64,000 nucleotides of DNA from Lepidodermella squamata (Eukaryota; Animalia; Gastrotricha), in contig JBLDXI010000054.1 of assembly GCA_047495785.1 (NCBI GenBank), positions 3,720,001 to 3,784,000 of the forward strand, written 5' to 3'. The notes beneath the pieces were generated by a model that worked only from the letters and a program-made list of their open reading frames with translations, was not told the origin of the DNA and ran no database searches. Positions 38,177 to 52,915 of this stretch are shown piece after piece. Positions within the stretch are counted from its first letter, which is position 1; each line of letters starts with the position of its first letter. Position numbers and translations under genes: made by a program.

Positions 38177-41100
38177 CTATGCATTAGCGTTGGCATTGTT
38201 GATACTGGAAAGTTCTGGTAGCGTGATAAGGTCTTGCGCGTTTATTCTCAGCCTGAAATCAGCAATGACAGAGAATATATAGGCAATGAAAAGTGTCTCC
38301 TTACTTGGGATCTTTCAGTAGCAGACATGAAAGTATCCTGGTGAGGCTCTGCGTGTATTTTGCCGGAGGTAAAGGCGAGTAATCAATGCTTACAAATTCA
38401 CTGATATATTCCTGTTAATTGAACACTGAAGGACTTACTCTTTGATTTTCCCCACCATGATCAAAGTCAAGCCGCTTTTATCGTCAAACTAAAAAATCAG
38501 GCCGAATTAATAATAAGCGATGTTAAACGAAGCCTTCATTTACTGTTCTTCGCAGGGTGGCCATTTCATGAATGCAACAACCGAGCGCCCACATATCGCT
38601 TTTCGCCGTCCATAGGTTTGCGGACTCGTTTGATACCAGCTCGGGGGCAAGGTATGGTACTTTTCGGGGAAACGATTTTATCAGACCCTTGACTCCACTG
38701 AAATTTAATACTAACAAAAATGTCAAGTAAAAAGAAGAAAACAAACATCAATGTCATTCCTACGCCAGCATCTCCCAATTTAATCAATCCTTTCGAGTCT
38801 TTCAGAAAAATATTCTGCCCGAAAATAAAACGATAAGTTTATTCTAGCGGCAATTAGCGAGCTCTTACGTGAGAGCCAACGTCGCGATGAACGATCTGGC
38901 GGCTGTGAAGGAATGTTAGGGCATTAGCGATTTGGTAGGCCATGGAGAGGATATCGAATTCCGGGTAACTTGCGCCCTTTCGAAGCGATATTGCCTTAGC
39001 CAAGCTGCCCCTGGTGAAACATTCCAACACTACGCCGAGGCCATGCGCTGGCGCTTTGATTATTTTCTAAATTATTGAAGTTCGGGATAAAGTGAAAATT
39101 AAGTCTTACAGGTGAAGAGGCGCTTGTATATGATGAAGTTTTTATGGCTACATGCAGCGACTTTCGATATCTGGAAGTAAAAATTCATTAAGGTCCAGAT
39201 CTCTTGAATGATATTTCACCTCTGCTTTGATCGCGTCGATAGCAGTCTTGTCACTTGTAGCCAATGACAATTGCTTTATCACAACGACAGTCCCTTTCAC
39301 TTTGTCGTTGGCGGTGTAAGATCGGCCGAAAGTTCCTTTCGCGCTCAATTCCTGGCGTTCTTCGTACAGTTCCTCCGGCTGAATTTCTTCTAGGGCCAGG
39401 TTTATAGAACTTAGCCTGTTCAATGACGAAGCAGACGCGCTTCTCTCTGCCGTCAACAAGGACCCAACAGCTGCGAGCTTCAGGGCTTGCTCAAAAGGCT
39501 TTATCAAATCCTTAGCTTTGTAACGATTGCTGCGATAGAGTAGTATCGAATAAATAGGTAAATATTATTTGGCCTAGAGTTTCAATGAGGCTCACCTCGG
39601 ATTAAAAACCAACAGTTTTTCGACGAAATCTCGAATTACAGTCGACTGTATTACAGAAGTAGGAACATCGAAAGTTTCTTTCTGGAGCTTCCTGTATTTC
39701 AAAGTTCAAGAAACAGTCTCAACTAATCGCGCCAAATGTTACCCGAAGGCATCACCAAGGTGCCGAGCACTAATCTGGAATTCCAAGCTATTTAATTTGT
39801 GAGTGAACACAAGTATGTCTTTTACCGGTAACCGAAGAGTCGCAAGTTCGAAAAGCACAACTCCTGCTGACCATTCATCGATGATAGGGCCGTAAGGTAC
39901 ACGAGTGAAACAGGCCGCTACAACATCTGGGGCCAAATAGCTTGGAGTGCCCATAACGGTTTCAGGACCCGTGCTTGACCTTTAAGAAAATGTTGCTTTA
40001 CATCTTGCATGGTTTGATTTTGGTTTGTTTACGAGCATATTTTGGCCTATGTGAAACATGAACATCTCAAGTTGAAGACAAGGAGCATTGCTTACCCCTC
40101 CAAAATCTCCGAGTTTTACATCCTTCTTGATGCTGAGAAGTATGTTCTACATATCAGAGGTAAGGTCTTCATTATTATCGTTGGAGTTAATTGAAAAGAT
40201 TACATCAGGCTTGATGTCACGATGAATGACTCCTTGTTCGTGAATATATGCGACGGCTGACATCAGCTGAAACCCCCATTTCAAAATCTTAGAAGCAAAT
40301 ACTTGACATATAAGCAGATAGTATAACTAGCATGAAATACCTGATCTTCAGGGAAGGGACCAAGCCCACCACTTTTCCTAGTTTTAATCTCTCTTCCAAT
40401 CGTTCCGCCTCCACACAACTCCATTATGATGCAGTAGCCATCAGAATCCTCGAAAGACTCAATATGGCCGACTATATACGGATGGCTAAGTTTGCAAAGA
40501 GCAAGAATCTAACAAGATGATTGGAAATTAACACTAGATCCAGGCGGTTGAAGTGTTGACATACCTCTTGCTTTGCCTTTTCAAAATCTGAGGGGTCGAC
40601 CTTTTTAACGGCAAAGACAGTGAAATGTATTTGGCAATTCAATCAATCTTACGGATAGCTTGTTTATCCTCTTCATCACAAGAAATTCATTTGTTACGTT
40701 CGAAGAAACGCGATAGACGACTCCGAATGAGCCACTGCCCAGTTCTTCGTTTTTTGTATACCTGGACAATGGCAAGTATCGCTTCCAGCTCGGATTGGAT
40801 TGCAAAATTGCCGTGGCAGCTGCTCTTTGACTAAAAGGGAAATCGTAAGCAATAGGAACCTAAAACAGAATTTCGACTACTTCAGATCGACAGTCATGAG
40901 CTGAGCTATGGCGCTTTGAAGTTCATCAGGCGTTATCGAAGAAATCGGAACAGTCAGTGAAACACGCGCAACTTTGCTATAAGATCAAAATTATAGATTT
41001 AAGTCATTAATTGACAACTGCCCCGAAGAAGGAGAGCTCTTTACCTAGATACAACCAATAAATCCTTACTGCTCCCAAACTGCATGGCAATTTATAGAGA

Positions 41101-41926
41101 CTGAATTCATGAGGAATAAACTTCTTTACCGGTTGTTCCAACGTAGCAACGTGAAACATTGTAGCTCCGATCGACCATTCGTCACTAAGCGTAGAGATTC
41201 GTCCTTCGAATCGTTCAGGGGCCATGTATCCAGGATTAGCACCTAAGGGTGACGTTCCATCAAAACTCGCGGCGGATCTTATCGTTGCCAAGCCTCCAAG
41301 CTTCATATCTTCGTTTTTGGCCAAAAGAATGTTCTTTAGATGTCGCCATGAATTATATGAGAAACATGGAATCAGGATGGAACTTTACCTCAGGGTTAAT
41401 ATCGCCATGGATCATATTCGACCGGTGAAGGTAAGCTGCAACGGATAGCAATTGGGCCATCCATTTCAGGGTCGATTCAGCCGTAAAAGGTCCTAATTTG
41501 CCCAACGCACGCTGAGCGATTGCCGAAGCCAGAGATCCCCTCTCGCAGTATTCACTCACAAGGTGAAACTTTTCAGGAGGATCAGCTGTGTCATCCATGA
41601 AACTGTCGTGATATCGCAAAAGGAAAGGATGCACAAGGTTTTTTAGAGTGTCCGGCTATCGGGAAACAAATTATGATAGATTATTAAAACAAATTATCAT
41701 GGTATACTTCTTTTAGAGCCATTTCCAGAACTTTCAGGTCAGGCTGCAATGGACATTACAATTTGTTTTTGTTTTCATTCGGCGAAAAATAGAGTACCAA
41801 TAATTTTAAGGAAATTTCCTGCATAGCCAAAATCTCCCTCGTTTTCTTCGAAGTTACCAGCGTGACATCTCCAAATTCGCCACGACTAACAACTTTGTTC
41901 AGGCATTCGAAATCACTAAGCACCAT
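38177..41926 (-). CDS. Tandem kinase protein E: three NEK-like domains (pseudo - intact - ambiguous)
   Basis: Continuous spliced frame from MVLSDFEC. D1: LAMQ/HGDINPEN/GLA. D2: GSGSFG/VMK/HRDIKPDN/DFG. D3: AKGTFG/VIK/HRDVGSHN/DAG. Ends ..NNANANA* at 38177. Confidence 0.85.
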
Positions 41927-42015
41927 GTTTTCAATAAAAGCCGAACCTATCCGTCTTAAAAATACTGCGCAATTTAATTCACTTTCTGGAGTAGATGTAC
42001 AGGCATCATGACGAA

Positions 42016-44496
42016 TCAAACAAATGTTGCAAAAGCTTCAGCTACTTTCGCGGCATTTGGTCGAAATTTCTCTTCGACCAACATCAGCATTACGAAAGCT
42101 GTAATTTTTTCCGAAAAGTTTTCACTTTTAATTGGGCTCAACGACAACCTAAAATTTGGGGGTGATGAAAGTTGCAAGTAAAAAGTGAAGGCGTTCATAC
42201 GATTTTATAGCTGAATTGAGTGATGAAGGACTCCCAGAAAACTGAAAAGAGTATCACAAGTGAAAAATGATTCCTAAAAAGTTTCGAGCTAACCGCTGGT
42301 TTCAGCATGATCATTTCATACAAGACCAAACCTAGAGACCAAACATCGTTGGATGAGGTGAACATTTGGGAATTCAGAAGTTCCGGGGCGCAATAAGCCA
42401 TGTCAGCAACTCGCTTTTCAAGTTCGGATCTGAAGCTATTTCAATATTGTCTGATTGATCACTTAGGATCTCTCTTTGAATTAAATCCTACCTGAGCTGT
42501 TTGGCAAATCCAGGTTCACCGAGCTTCACAGTTTTCAACTCAGAATCATGAAGAAAAATATTCTAAGAGCAATTAAAATCAGAAATGAATGATTTCGAAT
42601 CAAGTTTTACCGAGGGTGACACATCGCCATGCACGATTCCAAGGTCATGTAAATATCTGAGAGCCTCTGCTACTTGTCGGCCGACATTGACCAGCTGTGT
42701 AGTACTGAACTGTAATGAGTTGGCAAGTTTCCCCTTTATCGCAGCAGCCAAGTTTCCCTTTCTAACGAAATCCATTGTAAGCCAATAAGTTCCATCATTG
42801 TCTGTATCAAATTTAGAGATAACCTTGATCCGGAGTTCCTTGAATTTAATAGCTTACTGATGAAATGAGACCGAATCGAAATTAAATGCTTATGTTGTTG
42901 CACTTGCTTGATGTAATTATCATTCTGAAGAAAGTCCACAATATTATGCGAAAAAGTGTAAACCCTTTCTAACCAATAGCGTGAGTTTGTTCAATTTAAA
43001 CTTGGAAGAGGTAATCTGAAAAAGCAGGCAACGACAGTTTTAAGAAATTTCTCAAGCCTGGGCATTACTGAGCTATGAGTGTAGGATTTGACCAGAGCCA
43101 ACATATTCGTCTTTTTGTCTCGCACCGAGCTACACTCGCCGTAATAGCCTCGAGGCAAACCTCCAAGAATTTCGAAGTCATCCTCGATCGAGCATATGGG
43201 CAAGTCCAAAATCACGATATCTTCTCGGTAGTCGTCAAATGCATCCATTTTGAGGAGCTCCGCTGCTTCAGCGCGTTTGAGTGGATCAACGACGATAAGT
43301 CTCTCTATCAGTGTTCGAATGTCTTTCGAGATCGGCCAGGCAGGGAATTGGTTCGTTATTCTCTTGTAATCACCAGCCAATATTTTACTGATTTTTTAAT
43401 TAAATTGTCATCAGCTGAAAGCTGAAAATTAAGATTACTTACTCATACAGGTTTCTCATCTTTTCAGTAGGAAACTGAGAAATATTGATTTAATTTAAGA
43501 TGATGCTTAATTCTGCCCAAATTGCTGCTTACCGCGTAATCCAACGTTGCTAACTCGTACAGAACGGTGCCTACTTGCCACTCGTCTACTACTTTGGTGT
43601 ACGGGAGATCTTTTTTCACAGCCATGACCATTTCCGGAGCCAGATACATCGGCGTTCCTATAGCGGTATTAGCGACGTCACCTATTTTTACGATCCCCAA
43701 GTCACCGAGTTTCACAGATTTTTCGGCGGAAAGAAATATGTTCTTAGAAAAATTAGGGATAACATTACTAAGAATTAAAATCAGTATGTTCTTACTTCGG
43801 GTTTTATATCGCGGTGAATGATAGATGCAGCATGAATTACATCAAGAGCGGATAGCAGCTCATAGGCCCATTTCAAGATCTATATTCATTCCTATTAAAA
43901 GATGAAGTTAAGGGAAGAATTATCAAACCTGTTCACTAGGGATAAAGGTTCTTCGTTTTCTTGCATCATTGATCTCATCGAGTAAACTGCCTCCGGCGCA
44001 GAATTCCATAAAAATGTAAAACACCCCTTTGGCTTTATCTGTGACAAATTTTAACATGTGAGAATTGAGAATGAATCAAACGTCTGTAACTAATTTGCCT
44101 TCAAGGTGGCTGATGAATCGAACAATATTTTTGTGATTCAACGACTTCAGAGCATTTATCTAGAAGTTACAGATGCGTATGATAACCAGTTAATAAGATA
44201 GATAAGATAGATAAGATATGATAGATGGGACTTACCTCTCTGTTCGTGTAGTCTTCTATCACCATGGGATCCTATTCGTAAAAGAAGCCATGATCACAAT
44301 AATACAAGAACTCGTTCAGACAAACTTTACTACCCGAAGGATCATGCTTGGCGATAACTTTCAAAACGACTTGCTCCTTTGTTTCTCGATCTTGCATGAG
44401 CATTGCAAGGCCGAAAGCGCCTTCACCAAGGTTGCCATTAATTGTCTCGTATGTTTTCCTTATCTCAACGGGAAGGGCGTGGTTCAAGAAGGCCAT
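42016..44496 (-). CDS. Tandem kinase protein D: two NEK-like domains (intact - pseudo)
   Basis: D1: GEGAFG/VLK/HRDIKPEN/DLG/APE. The linker is read in one exon (DPLKRAEA..FEILGGLPRGYYG). D2: LVK/HGDVSPSN/EPG. Includes GC-AG intron 44098-44039. Confidence 0.85.
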
Positions 44497-44763
44497 AATG
44501 GATTACTAGATTTGATGATCTGCGGTCAAAACACCTGAATGCATATTCATTTACTATTCATGCGCATCAATGTAGCTTACAAAATGTTGTAACAAGCGTT
44601 GTTGAATGAGCAATGCTTTTTTCTGCAGTTGAAAGAATTTTAGAAAAATTCCTAAGAATGAGGTTAACCCATTTAAAAGAAATCATCCGCACTTGATTCA
44701 GAATGGAGAAATAATTAAGAGGGCAGGTTATTAAGAGGTCGTTATATTAGGTTTTTCGATTGT

Positions 44764-47700
44764 TCACAACAGAGTGCCAAGTATTGTTGAAACACCGGAC
44801 ATTTCCAACAACATAGCTGCATTGGGTCGATTTCTGCGATAGAAATAAACAATGCTTTAATTTTCCAGTTATTAAGACGACAATACTTGGGATCAATTTG
44901 CAGCAATTTGTCAACCAATTCGATGTATTCAGCTGAAAACTTTGCCGGAGATATCGCATCGACTTTTCGGCCACTTGAACAGCGTCAAGATTCAGTGAAC
45001 ATCGTAAACCCAAGACAAATTTGAATCCTACCTATTTATATTGGCTATTGTCTCGTCAACGGACCTCCCGAGGAACTAGCGACAAAGATTCGTAAATCAA
45101 TCACCATGATGAGATTAAGATAATAACTAACAGGTTTCTTGAAAGTTGCCACCTCAAACAGCAAACAGCCTAGAGCCCACATGTCAACAGGGGTATCCCA
45201 GCTTTTCGCAGTTGGATTGTTCAGAAGCTCAGGGGCCAGATTTGAGATAACGTCAGGATGTCTGTCTTTCAATCGGACTACTCCTCTAAATATGAAAAAA
45301 TACAATATCAACTTAGTGCTATCCAAGATTGGTGAATTTACAGCTGTTGAAGAGTTATTCCGATGGATCCCAGTTTGAAAGCAGTTCCTTTCAGATGAAC
45401 ATTCTGGAAAATCCCGTATTCTAGAAATACAGATGAAAACTGTCATTTGTCTTACGTCGACTTGAACATCTCGGTGAGTTATTTTGTTTTTGTGCAGATA
45501 ATCGAGACCGCTAGACAGATTTGCAGCTATCTGCCATGCTTTCGCCGGGTTCAATGTATCCGAGCCTTCTCGCACCAGTTCGCCAAGCATTCTACCCCTT
45601 AGTGCCTCAAAAACAATGACGTAGTCATTTTTCGGGGCTAAATAGACCATTTATTGCAATCAATGACTCAATATTGACTTCAAGCTTACTTTTGAAGTGC
45701 TCGATATAACGGACTAAGCTAGCATTCGGCGGTAGCTTGACGATGAAATCAACCTTGAATACCGACGTAATTGCAATAAATAAAGCCCGTTGCCTTTCAC
45801 CTACCTCTCTGATGAGGTGCTCAGCTTTAACTTTGTCAGCGTCCATCTTTTTCGCCTCTCGCAATCTCAAAAACTTGAGAAAGCCGTCGTTATCCCGAAC
45901 CATCTTTGACTGCCCAAATGTTCCACGGTTGCTGTAAGAACTCGATTCTGAAAAGCTTGCTGTCCAATCTTTTTCAGCCAATTTGACATCGGGGAATGGG
46001 CACTCAATTAGCTCTTGAGCTGCCACAGGTGAGCGATATTGGCTGGTAGAGGGTTCGAAAAACTTCAGGGCTTCATTAGCTGTCCCTCGTTTCCTATAGA
46101 ACAGAACAAGATTAAAGATCACTAACTGATCACAGTGAAACTAACTTTGGGTCAGTCACCAGCAGTACCTCGACCGCACTGCGAACAGCTTCAAGCTTAA
46201 TTATTTGTGGCGAGTGTAGGAATTTCCCATTTTTAGCATTTCTTGAAAGAAGGACAGCCGATTCTCAATTCAACCGTAAAACTAATCGATGCTTACTCAA
46301 ATAGGTCCATGAAGTTGATCACTTTGAACTTGAATGAATAAAGAAAAGAAATATCGACGACTGAGCTAAGAGGACACGTTAGTAACTTACAGGTAGAACC
46401 AGGGTAGCCATCTCAAAAATTACCACACCTTCAACATATAATATAAAAAAGTTGTATCTTCGCTCAAACAATAGGCAACTGACCTGCAGACCATTCATCA
46501 ACAAGGTAGGTGTATCCTTTATCATCCAACAGATCTGGGCACATATAGTTCCACGTCCCAAGAAAAGTGTCAGCGTATGCGGCTGTTTGGCTGGAACAAG
46601 TATAGGTTAGTTACTAGCTGTGATATAATCGAGGTCGAACTCACGGTGAGATCCTTTGAAAAATAATGGGTGAACGACACATTTTTAAAATACGATTGCA
46701 AAAGCTCACTTGACCGATCCAAAGTCACCAAGCCGGACCACGTTGGTTTCGGTCAAAAAGACATTCTGATTTGTTAACAATGATTAGGCTTTAGTTTTCC
46801 CTCATTGAGAATTTCCAAGTATTACCGCTGGTTTGATATCGCGGTGGAAAACCTTCTTCATATGAATGTAGGCAATAGCGGACAGCAAGCACTTCGACCA
46901 CTCGAGAACCTTGACAACAGTAGAAATTAATATAGAAATAAAGAATGATTAGCTTTTCCCCTTTCATTACATCCTCATCGGGTAGCATCCTTTGATCTTT
47001 CTTGGCCGCGCTAATTCGATCGAACAGCGTCTTTCCGCCACAATATTCCAGCACGATGCAGAGCTCGGTTTGCAGTTCGAAGTAGTCGCGGAACTTGACT
47101 ATGTTTGGATGTTCGAATTTTTTCAACGCCTCGACCTACGAGAAAGGGAGTACAAGAATTACTCTAGAGGTGTAGCTGTGTGCTAAATACTTACCTCATC
47201 CTTAGTCCTGTCTAGATCTTCTTTCGGAACCTGTAAGTTGAAGAGCATTAGTCTCAAACCGATTAGTTCGTTAAATCACCTTCTCGATGTTGATTCTCTT
47301 AATAGCCACTACTTCCCCTGAAAACTTGTTTTTAGCTATAAGGACCTTCCCGAAGGTCCCCTTGCCGATTTCCTTGCCAAGTTCGTATTTGTAAAGCATC
47401 ACGGTGTCAAGAATTTGCGAAGCCGATGAACGTTTCCTTAGATAAGGTAAACATGAAATGGTTTACAATTAAAATATAACGATATTCACTTGGGGTCTGG
47501 TTGAAGCATCTTTATTAAGACCTCTTGAATATCAGCCGACTTGATTCGAGACAGGGGGTAATTGTAGTTACCCTCATTGATGTTTCTGAAACCGCAAAAC
47601 AAATGAAAGGCGAACAGTAATGGGGTGAAACTAACTTTTTGATATCTTTAAAAGTTTTACCAACGAACTGAAACAAGGAGTAATATAAGTAAATAAGGAA

Positions 47701-48500
47701 TGGCCATCTTTCAGGTGAGCACTAACTGGTAAAGACAAGGTAGCGAGTTCGAAAATGCAAACTCCCGCCGCCCAGATGTCTACTTTATTCGTGTAGCCTT
47801 CATCGCCCCGGCTTAATATCTCCGGAGCCATGCTATATATAAAATATTAGCTGATTAGGACAATATGATTGAAACAAAGCGTACTGCGTAGGGGTTCCAG
47901 TGAAAGTTTTAGTCACTTCAACTCCGAGTTTGGTTACTCCAAAATCGCCCAGCTTTACGTCATCGTCTTTATTCAGGAAAACGTTCTGTATTGAGAGAGG
48001 CTTTAATATAGCTGTATTAAGACATTTGAAATAAACAAACGTCAGGCTTGATGTCTCGATGCATGACCTTCTTGCTGTGGGCGTGAGCAATCGCCGAGAG
48101 GAGTTGGCCGCTCCATTTCAGGACATCGTTATCAGGGAAAGGAGTTCCGACCTCAGCACGGCGCTTCGTGATGCGTTCGCCAAGCGACCCATTCTGGCAG
48201 TACTCCAAGACGAGGCAAAAATAAAGCGGTGTTTGAAAGCTGTCGTAGAGGCGCACGATGTAAGGATGCAGCAATGTGCGCATCGATTCCTCCTCCCCTT
48301 CGACGTATCTCTTCAATTCTCCCGGTAGCTATGTACAGCAGAACAAGATTGGAGGCAATGGAAACATCGGTAGATCTTACTTTATCAACGCTTATCTGCT
48401 TCAAGACTAAAATGTCCTGCGTATCCTTAGCCTTCACAAGCTCGGCAGTTCCGAATTCGCCCTTGCCAATCACCTTCTTCAACCGTTCGTACTTATCCAT
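44764..48500 (-). CDS. Tandem kinase protein C: three NEK-like domains (intact - intact - pseudo)
   Basis: D1: GKGEFG/VLK/HRDIKPDN/DFG. Linker KRSSASQILDTVMLYKYELGKEIGKGTFG leads to D2: AIK/HRDIKPAN/DFG. D3: FLR/HRDVQVDN/SIG. Ends ..ILGTLL*. Confidence 0.88.
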
Positions 48501-48745
48501 ATTAACTTAATTTCTATACTAAATATCGGAGACATGGCATATGGCTTGGAGAAAGAAAGATTTGATGGCATTGGATTTTAATCAATAAAGTCTTCAATTC
48601 TGTGACGAATTATCTGGTGGAGTCGATCAAACTTCACAAAGCCACACGCCTCCATGATTATCGGCCATGATGACGTAGTAAAAACGTCGAAACCAGTCGG
48701 CACCAAGCGACGTGTGGCTTTGAGGAGTTCAACAAAATTAAGTCT

Positions 48746-51700
48746 TCAAAGAGATGCTGCATCTGAAATAGTTTTTCTTTCCCTGTTGGGAAAATGTCAA
48801 AAATTAAAGAGAAGCGCAATTTATTTCACGTTTACCTAGTGTTTAACCGCAGCAAACCTTCAATTAGGCCTTTCGTAGCGGTGGAACAGCTGGTACTCGG
48901 AATCGCCGTAAACTGCCCTCTGGAAAAACGGAGGAAGTTACAGGATTTTCAAAAATTACCCATACAAACCTATTGATTCGGTCAGCAATAATGGTTCCAT
49001 TAGCTCCCTTGAACTAATTAAGATATAAGAAGATATTCATCGGTAATGAGAGACATCATGCAATTTTACCGCTTTTTCTAGAGTAGCCATCTCGTACAAA
49101 GTACAGCCCAGTGACCATGCGTCTGACTGAAAAGACCAATTGGCCCGGGCTATTACTTCCGGCGCCAAATATGAAACTTTCATAGGGTGGTCTCTAAGTA
49201 ATACTGAAATCGGACTAGAAAGAATTGTTGCAGTGTGAAGTCCGAATTCGATTGTTATCAACTCACATTGTCGAATACATTATTCCGCTCTCGCCTAGCT
49301 TGACAATTCCGGAATCTCTTAGGAATACATTCTGTTCATAATAACCCAAAATCTGTTTCAAGATTCATTCCAATGATAAATTGGCTACCGTGGGTTGAAT
49401 GTCCCGGTGAACGATTCGGCGCTCGTGCAAGTAGGATAGAGCCTCCGCCACACCTTTCCTAATGCGATCGATGTCAGCATCAGGAAAACGGGTATTCGAA
49501 TCAATTTGGCCACTAATGGCTTGAGCCAAACTTTCTGAATTCGAAAACATGATGAGAAATACAGTTCGGAGTAAATTTTGATCTATCTCACTTCCACCTC
49601 GCTCCATGAAAATGCCGTAGTCACCTTCTTTGTCTAGAGCGATATAAAATATGAAGAAAACTTGAAAACCAAGCTGTACAGGAAAGTTAGTTTACTTGTA
49701 AATTGAAGCCTTAGCGTAACTAATTTCGGATGCTTTGAGATTGGGATCATTGCGTCTACCTTGAAGCGCCGGTCTTTAGAACAAAAATGAATCAAGTGAA
49801 CAGCAAACCTCAGATATCATTTGTTCGAATTGTTTCCGATCTTTCATCTATAAAAGAGGAATTTATCATTCGTGGAGAAGAATATCAAAAATAGCATACC
49901 GCATTTGCCCGCCGTATTTTCAGAATACCGGCCAGTTGATTTCCTCTATTGCGAGCCATAAACATCTCGCCGAATAATCCGCTTGTTACCCCATCATTTA
50001 ACAGTTCGAAAGTTTCCGAAATCGAAATGGTATTAAGGCTGATAGCGTTGGTCTTGGAATCCGAAGTAAGATCACTTAGGGCCTTATCTATCTCGGGAAT
50101 GATTTGTTTAGCTTTCCACCGTAGCCTATGAATACGTCGGAATAGTCAATCCGGTCTGCTTTGCGTAAATTTTACCTCAGCTCTCGAACAATTAGCTTCT
50201 CGACAATGCCACGAATTATGGGCGATTTTACAGATGAAATTGGTACCACAAAGTTACCTTCTGTGATATTTCTGAAAATACAACCAAGTTAACAAAATCT
50301 ATCAATTAGCAATTATAACTAGACTTACTTCAAGGTAAGATAAATTTTGTTGTCAGTGAACTTCATTGAAAAGATCGAGCATGAAATTTATGAATTGAAG
50401 ATTATTTGGGGATCAAACCGGTAATTTCTTGGTTGCCAACTCGAAAATCACAACACCTTTAATAATTATTTAAAATCATACTTTATGGCTTTTATTGCAG
50501 AACCTCTCACCTGCCGACCATTCATCAACTTCGGGTGGGTAAGGCTTGTTAGTCCTTTCCACTTCTAAAATGTCTGGGGCAATATAAGAATTGGTGCCTG
50601 CCTTGGTTGCAGCAACAGAATTTCTGCGAAATGGTTAGCTATAGTAACATTCGATCCTCTTCTTTTATGAACTCACGCCAAAATCTTTAAAGGGAACCCT
50701 TTATCTTGGAAATAAGCTTTGGAAATGTTTCTTACTTTCGCAAAACCGAAGTCTCCTAACTTGACGTCATTGTTGTGATTGAGGAAAATATTCTGGAAAA
50801 GGTAACAAATACTGTGAAATATTCGGTCGAGTTATCCTAATGGCCTACCTCGGGCTTAATATCGCGGTGAACCAAGTGTTTAGAATGCACGTGTTCGATG
50901 GCGAGCATTAGCTGCTTGCTCCACTTCAAAATCTTCGCGACAAATCTCAATGAGACACGTCAGACTGTAAAATTGCGGCTTCTTACTTGGTGATCTGATA
51001 TTTGTTCTTTAGCTGCAATGTAACGGCGCAAATCTCCGCCCTGGCAGTATTCCATAACAATGCAAAAATCGGTAGGGTCGTCGTAACTGTCCAGGCAACG
51101 GACGATGTGCTCGTGATCGAGACATCGATAAGCTCGAAGCTAGAGAAATTAAGCTAATGGCTGCATATTTTTTATCTCAAAGATCAAACCTCATTCCGAG
51201 CAAGGTTCAGTTCCTTGTCGCTCAATTCTCCCTTAATTTCCCAAGAAATTGTATATTTTTTACCGATTTTGAACAATTACCGATGCTTTCACTCGAGTGA
51301 ACTTCTTGAGGGCGCAGAATTCGCCGGTTACTTTCGATTTAGCTTTATACACTGCTCCATATTCGCCGCGTCCTATCTCCTCAAGTTCAGTGAATTTCGA
51401 GAAGAAAGACCCATTCGAGTACTTATGCAGCATCTTTGTATCTCGTAAAATGTCAGATACTGCTGCCCGATCACTGAAAATCGCATATTATTGATACTAT
51501 TTTCCTATAAATCACTCTCAATATTACGTCCGATCCTTAACTAGAAGCCGCCTAACCACAGTCTGCACAATATCCGAGCTGATAGCAGTCATAGGGGTGC
51601 TGAACTTCATCGTGCTCACATTGCTTAAAATAAACAGATACATCACGTTCGTAAAACATGCGAGAGAGCAGTTATTACCTTATGACCTCTCCTATATTGC

Positions 51701-52609
51701 CGCTAAACTATAGTTAATGGTAGAATTTTAAGAAATCAAATATAGAAGTAACATACTGGAAGACGAAGCGTAGCTATCTCGAAAATCACAACTCCCGCGG
51801 ACCATTCATCCACTTTCATGTGATAACGTTCGCCGTCATCGTTGTCGTGGTGCTCCATCATTTCTGGGGCCATGTAGGCAAAACTGCCGACCGCATCCTC
51901 GGCAAGGCCAGAATTTCTTTGATATTGGAGCTATAAGACTCAATTCGTCGTTTCAAGATGATTTTCCTTACCCAGTCTGTTTCATAGCTGAAAATTCGGC
52001 TAATTTTAAATCTTTTTTATCCGAAACGAAAATGCCGCCAGATTTGATATCGCGGTGCATTATGCTTAGCGAATGGATGTATTCGATTGCTGATAACAAT
52101 TGACCGGTCCATTTTACCACCTACGAAATAACTTGTACAAAAGTTTTGAATAAAGGGAATAAATTAGGCACCGTTTCGAACGGAAAATGTTCACCGAGCA
52201 TTTTTTGCCGCTTTATTTCGGTAGCTAACGTTGTAAATCCATCAGCCGAGAAAACTATGAAAGGCTCAACCCCTGTGGTACAGGATTCGCGCAGCCTTAC
52301 AACATTGGGATGGTCCAGCATGCGCAGGGCTGACGCCTATTCGACGAGGAAATGATAGAAAACCTGATCAGAAACAACAACAAACCTCATTTTCCAACTC
52401 CTCGTAATCCTCAGCTGTCATGGTCTGGAAAATATGGGATACATCAGGATTCTCTAGCGGAAATAGCAGGTACTTACAGTAGTGGATCCTGCAAGCCGCT
52501 TCATCAAAAACTTCTCACCGGTTGACTTGAGCTTGACGACGTTCGTGACCGCTACGTCATCCCAAACTATTCGCTCTTGAATCTCGTATCGATCAATCGC
52601 TGCTCTCAT
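48746..52609 (-). CDS. Tandem kinase protein B: three NEK-like domains (pseudo - intact - pseudo)
   Basis: D1: no Gly loop, HRDIKSGG, EFS. D2: GRGEYG/ALK/HRDIKPEN/DFG. D3: ILK/HRDIQPTN/ESG. Ends RERKTISDAASL*. Confidence 0.85.
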
Positions 52610-52915
52610 TTTTTTAAAGCTAAAATGTAAAATTACCCGGGGAAGTTATACACGTAGGCTAGGAGGAAAATTTCCGGCAGTAACATTAGCCGCAATAGAT
52701 AAAAGTCGTTATCAAAAGTTGTTAATTCGCTGAAGGCGTATAAATTTCCATGGAAGCTCAGATAGCGCTGAGCTGATTATGTATTACCTAGGTTATTTTA
52801 GGATATCTTCATCGGATAGAGCTCACAGTGTCTGATCAAACTCAACAGTAATTATTTCGAGCGATATAAGAGAGTCATAGCTTTGCAAGCGGGAAATTTC
52901 ATTAAGCCGGAATAA

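Noticed and set aside
44192-44226. GATA/GATAA microsatellite
   Set aside because: Short intronic simple repeat with no evidence of function.
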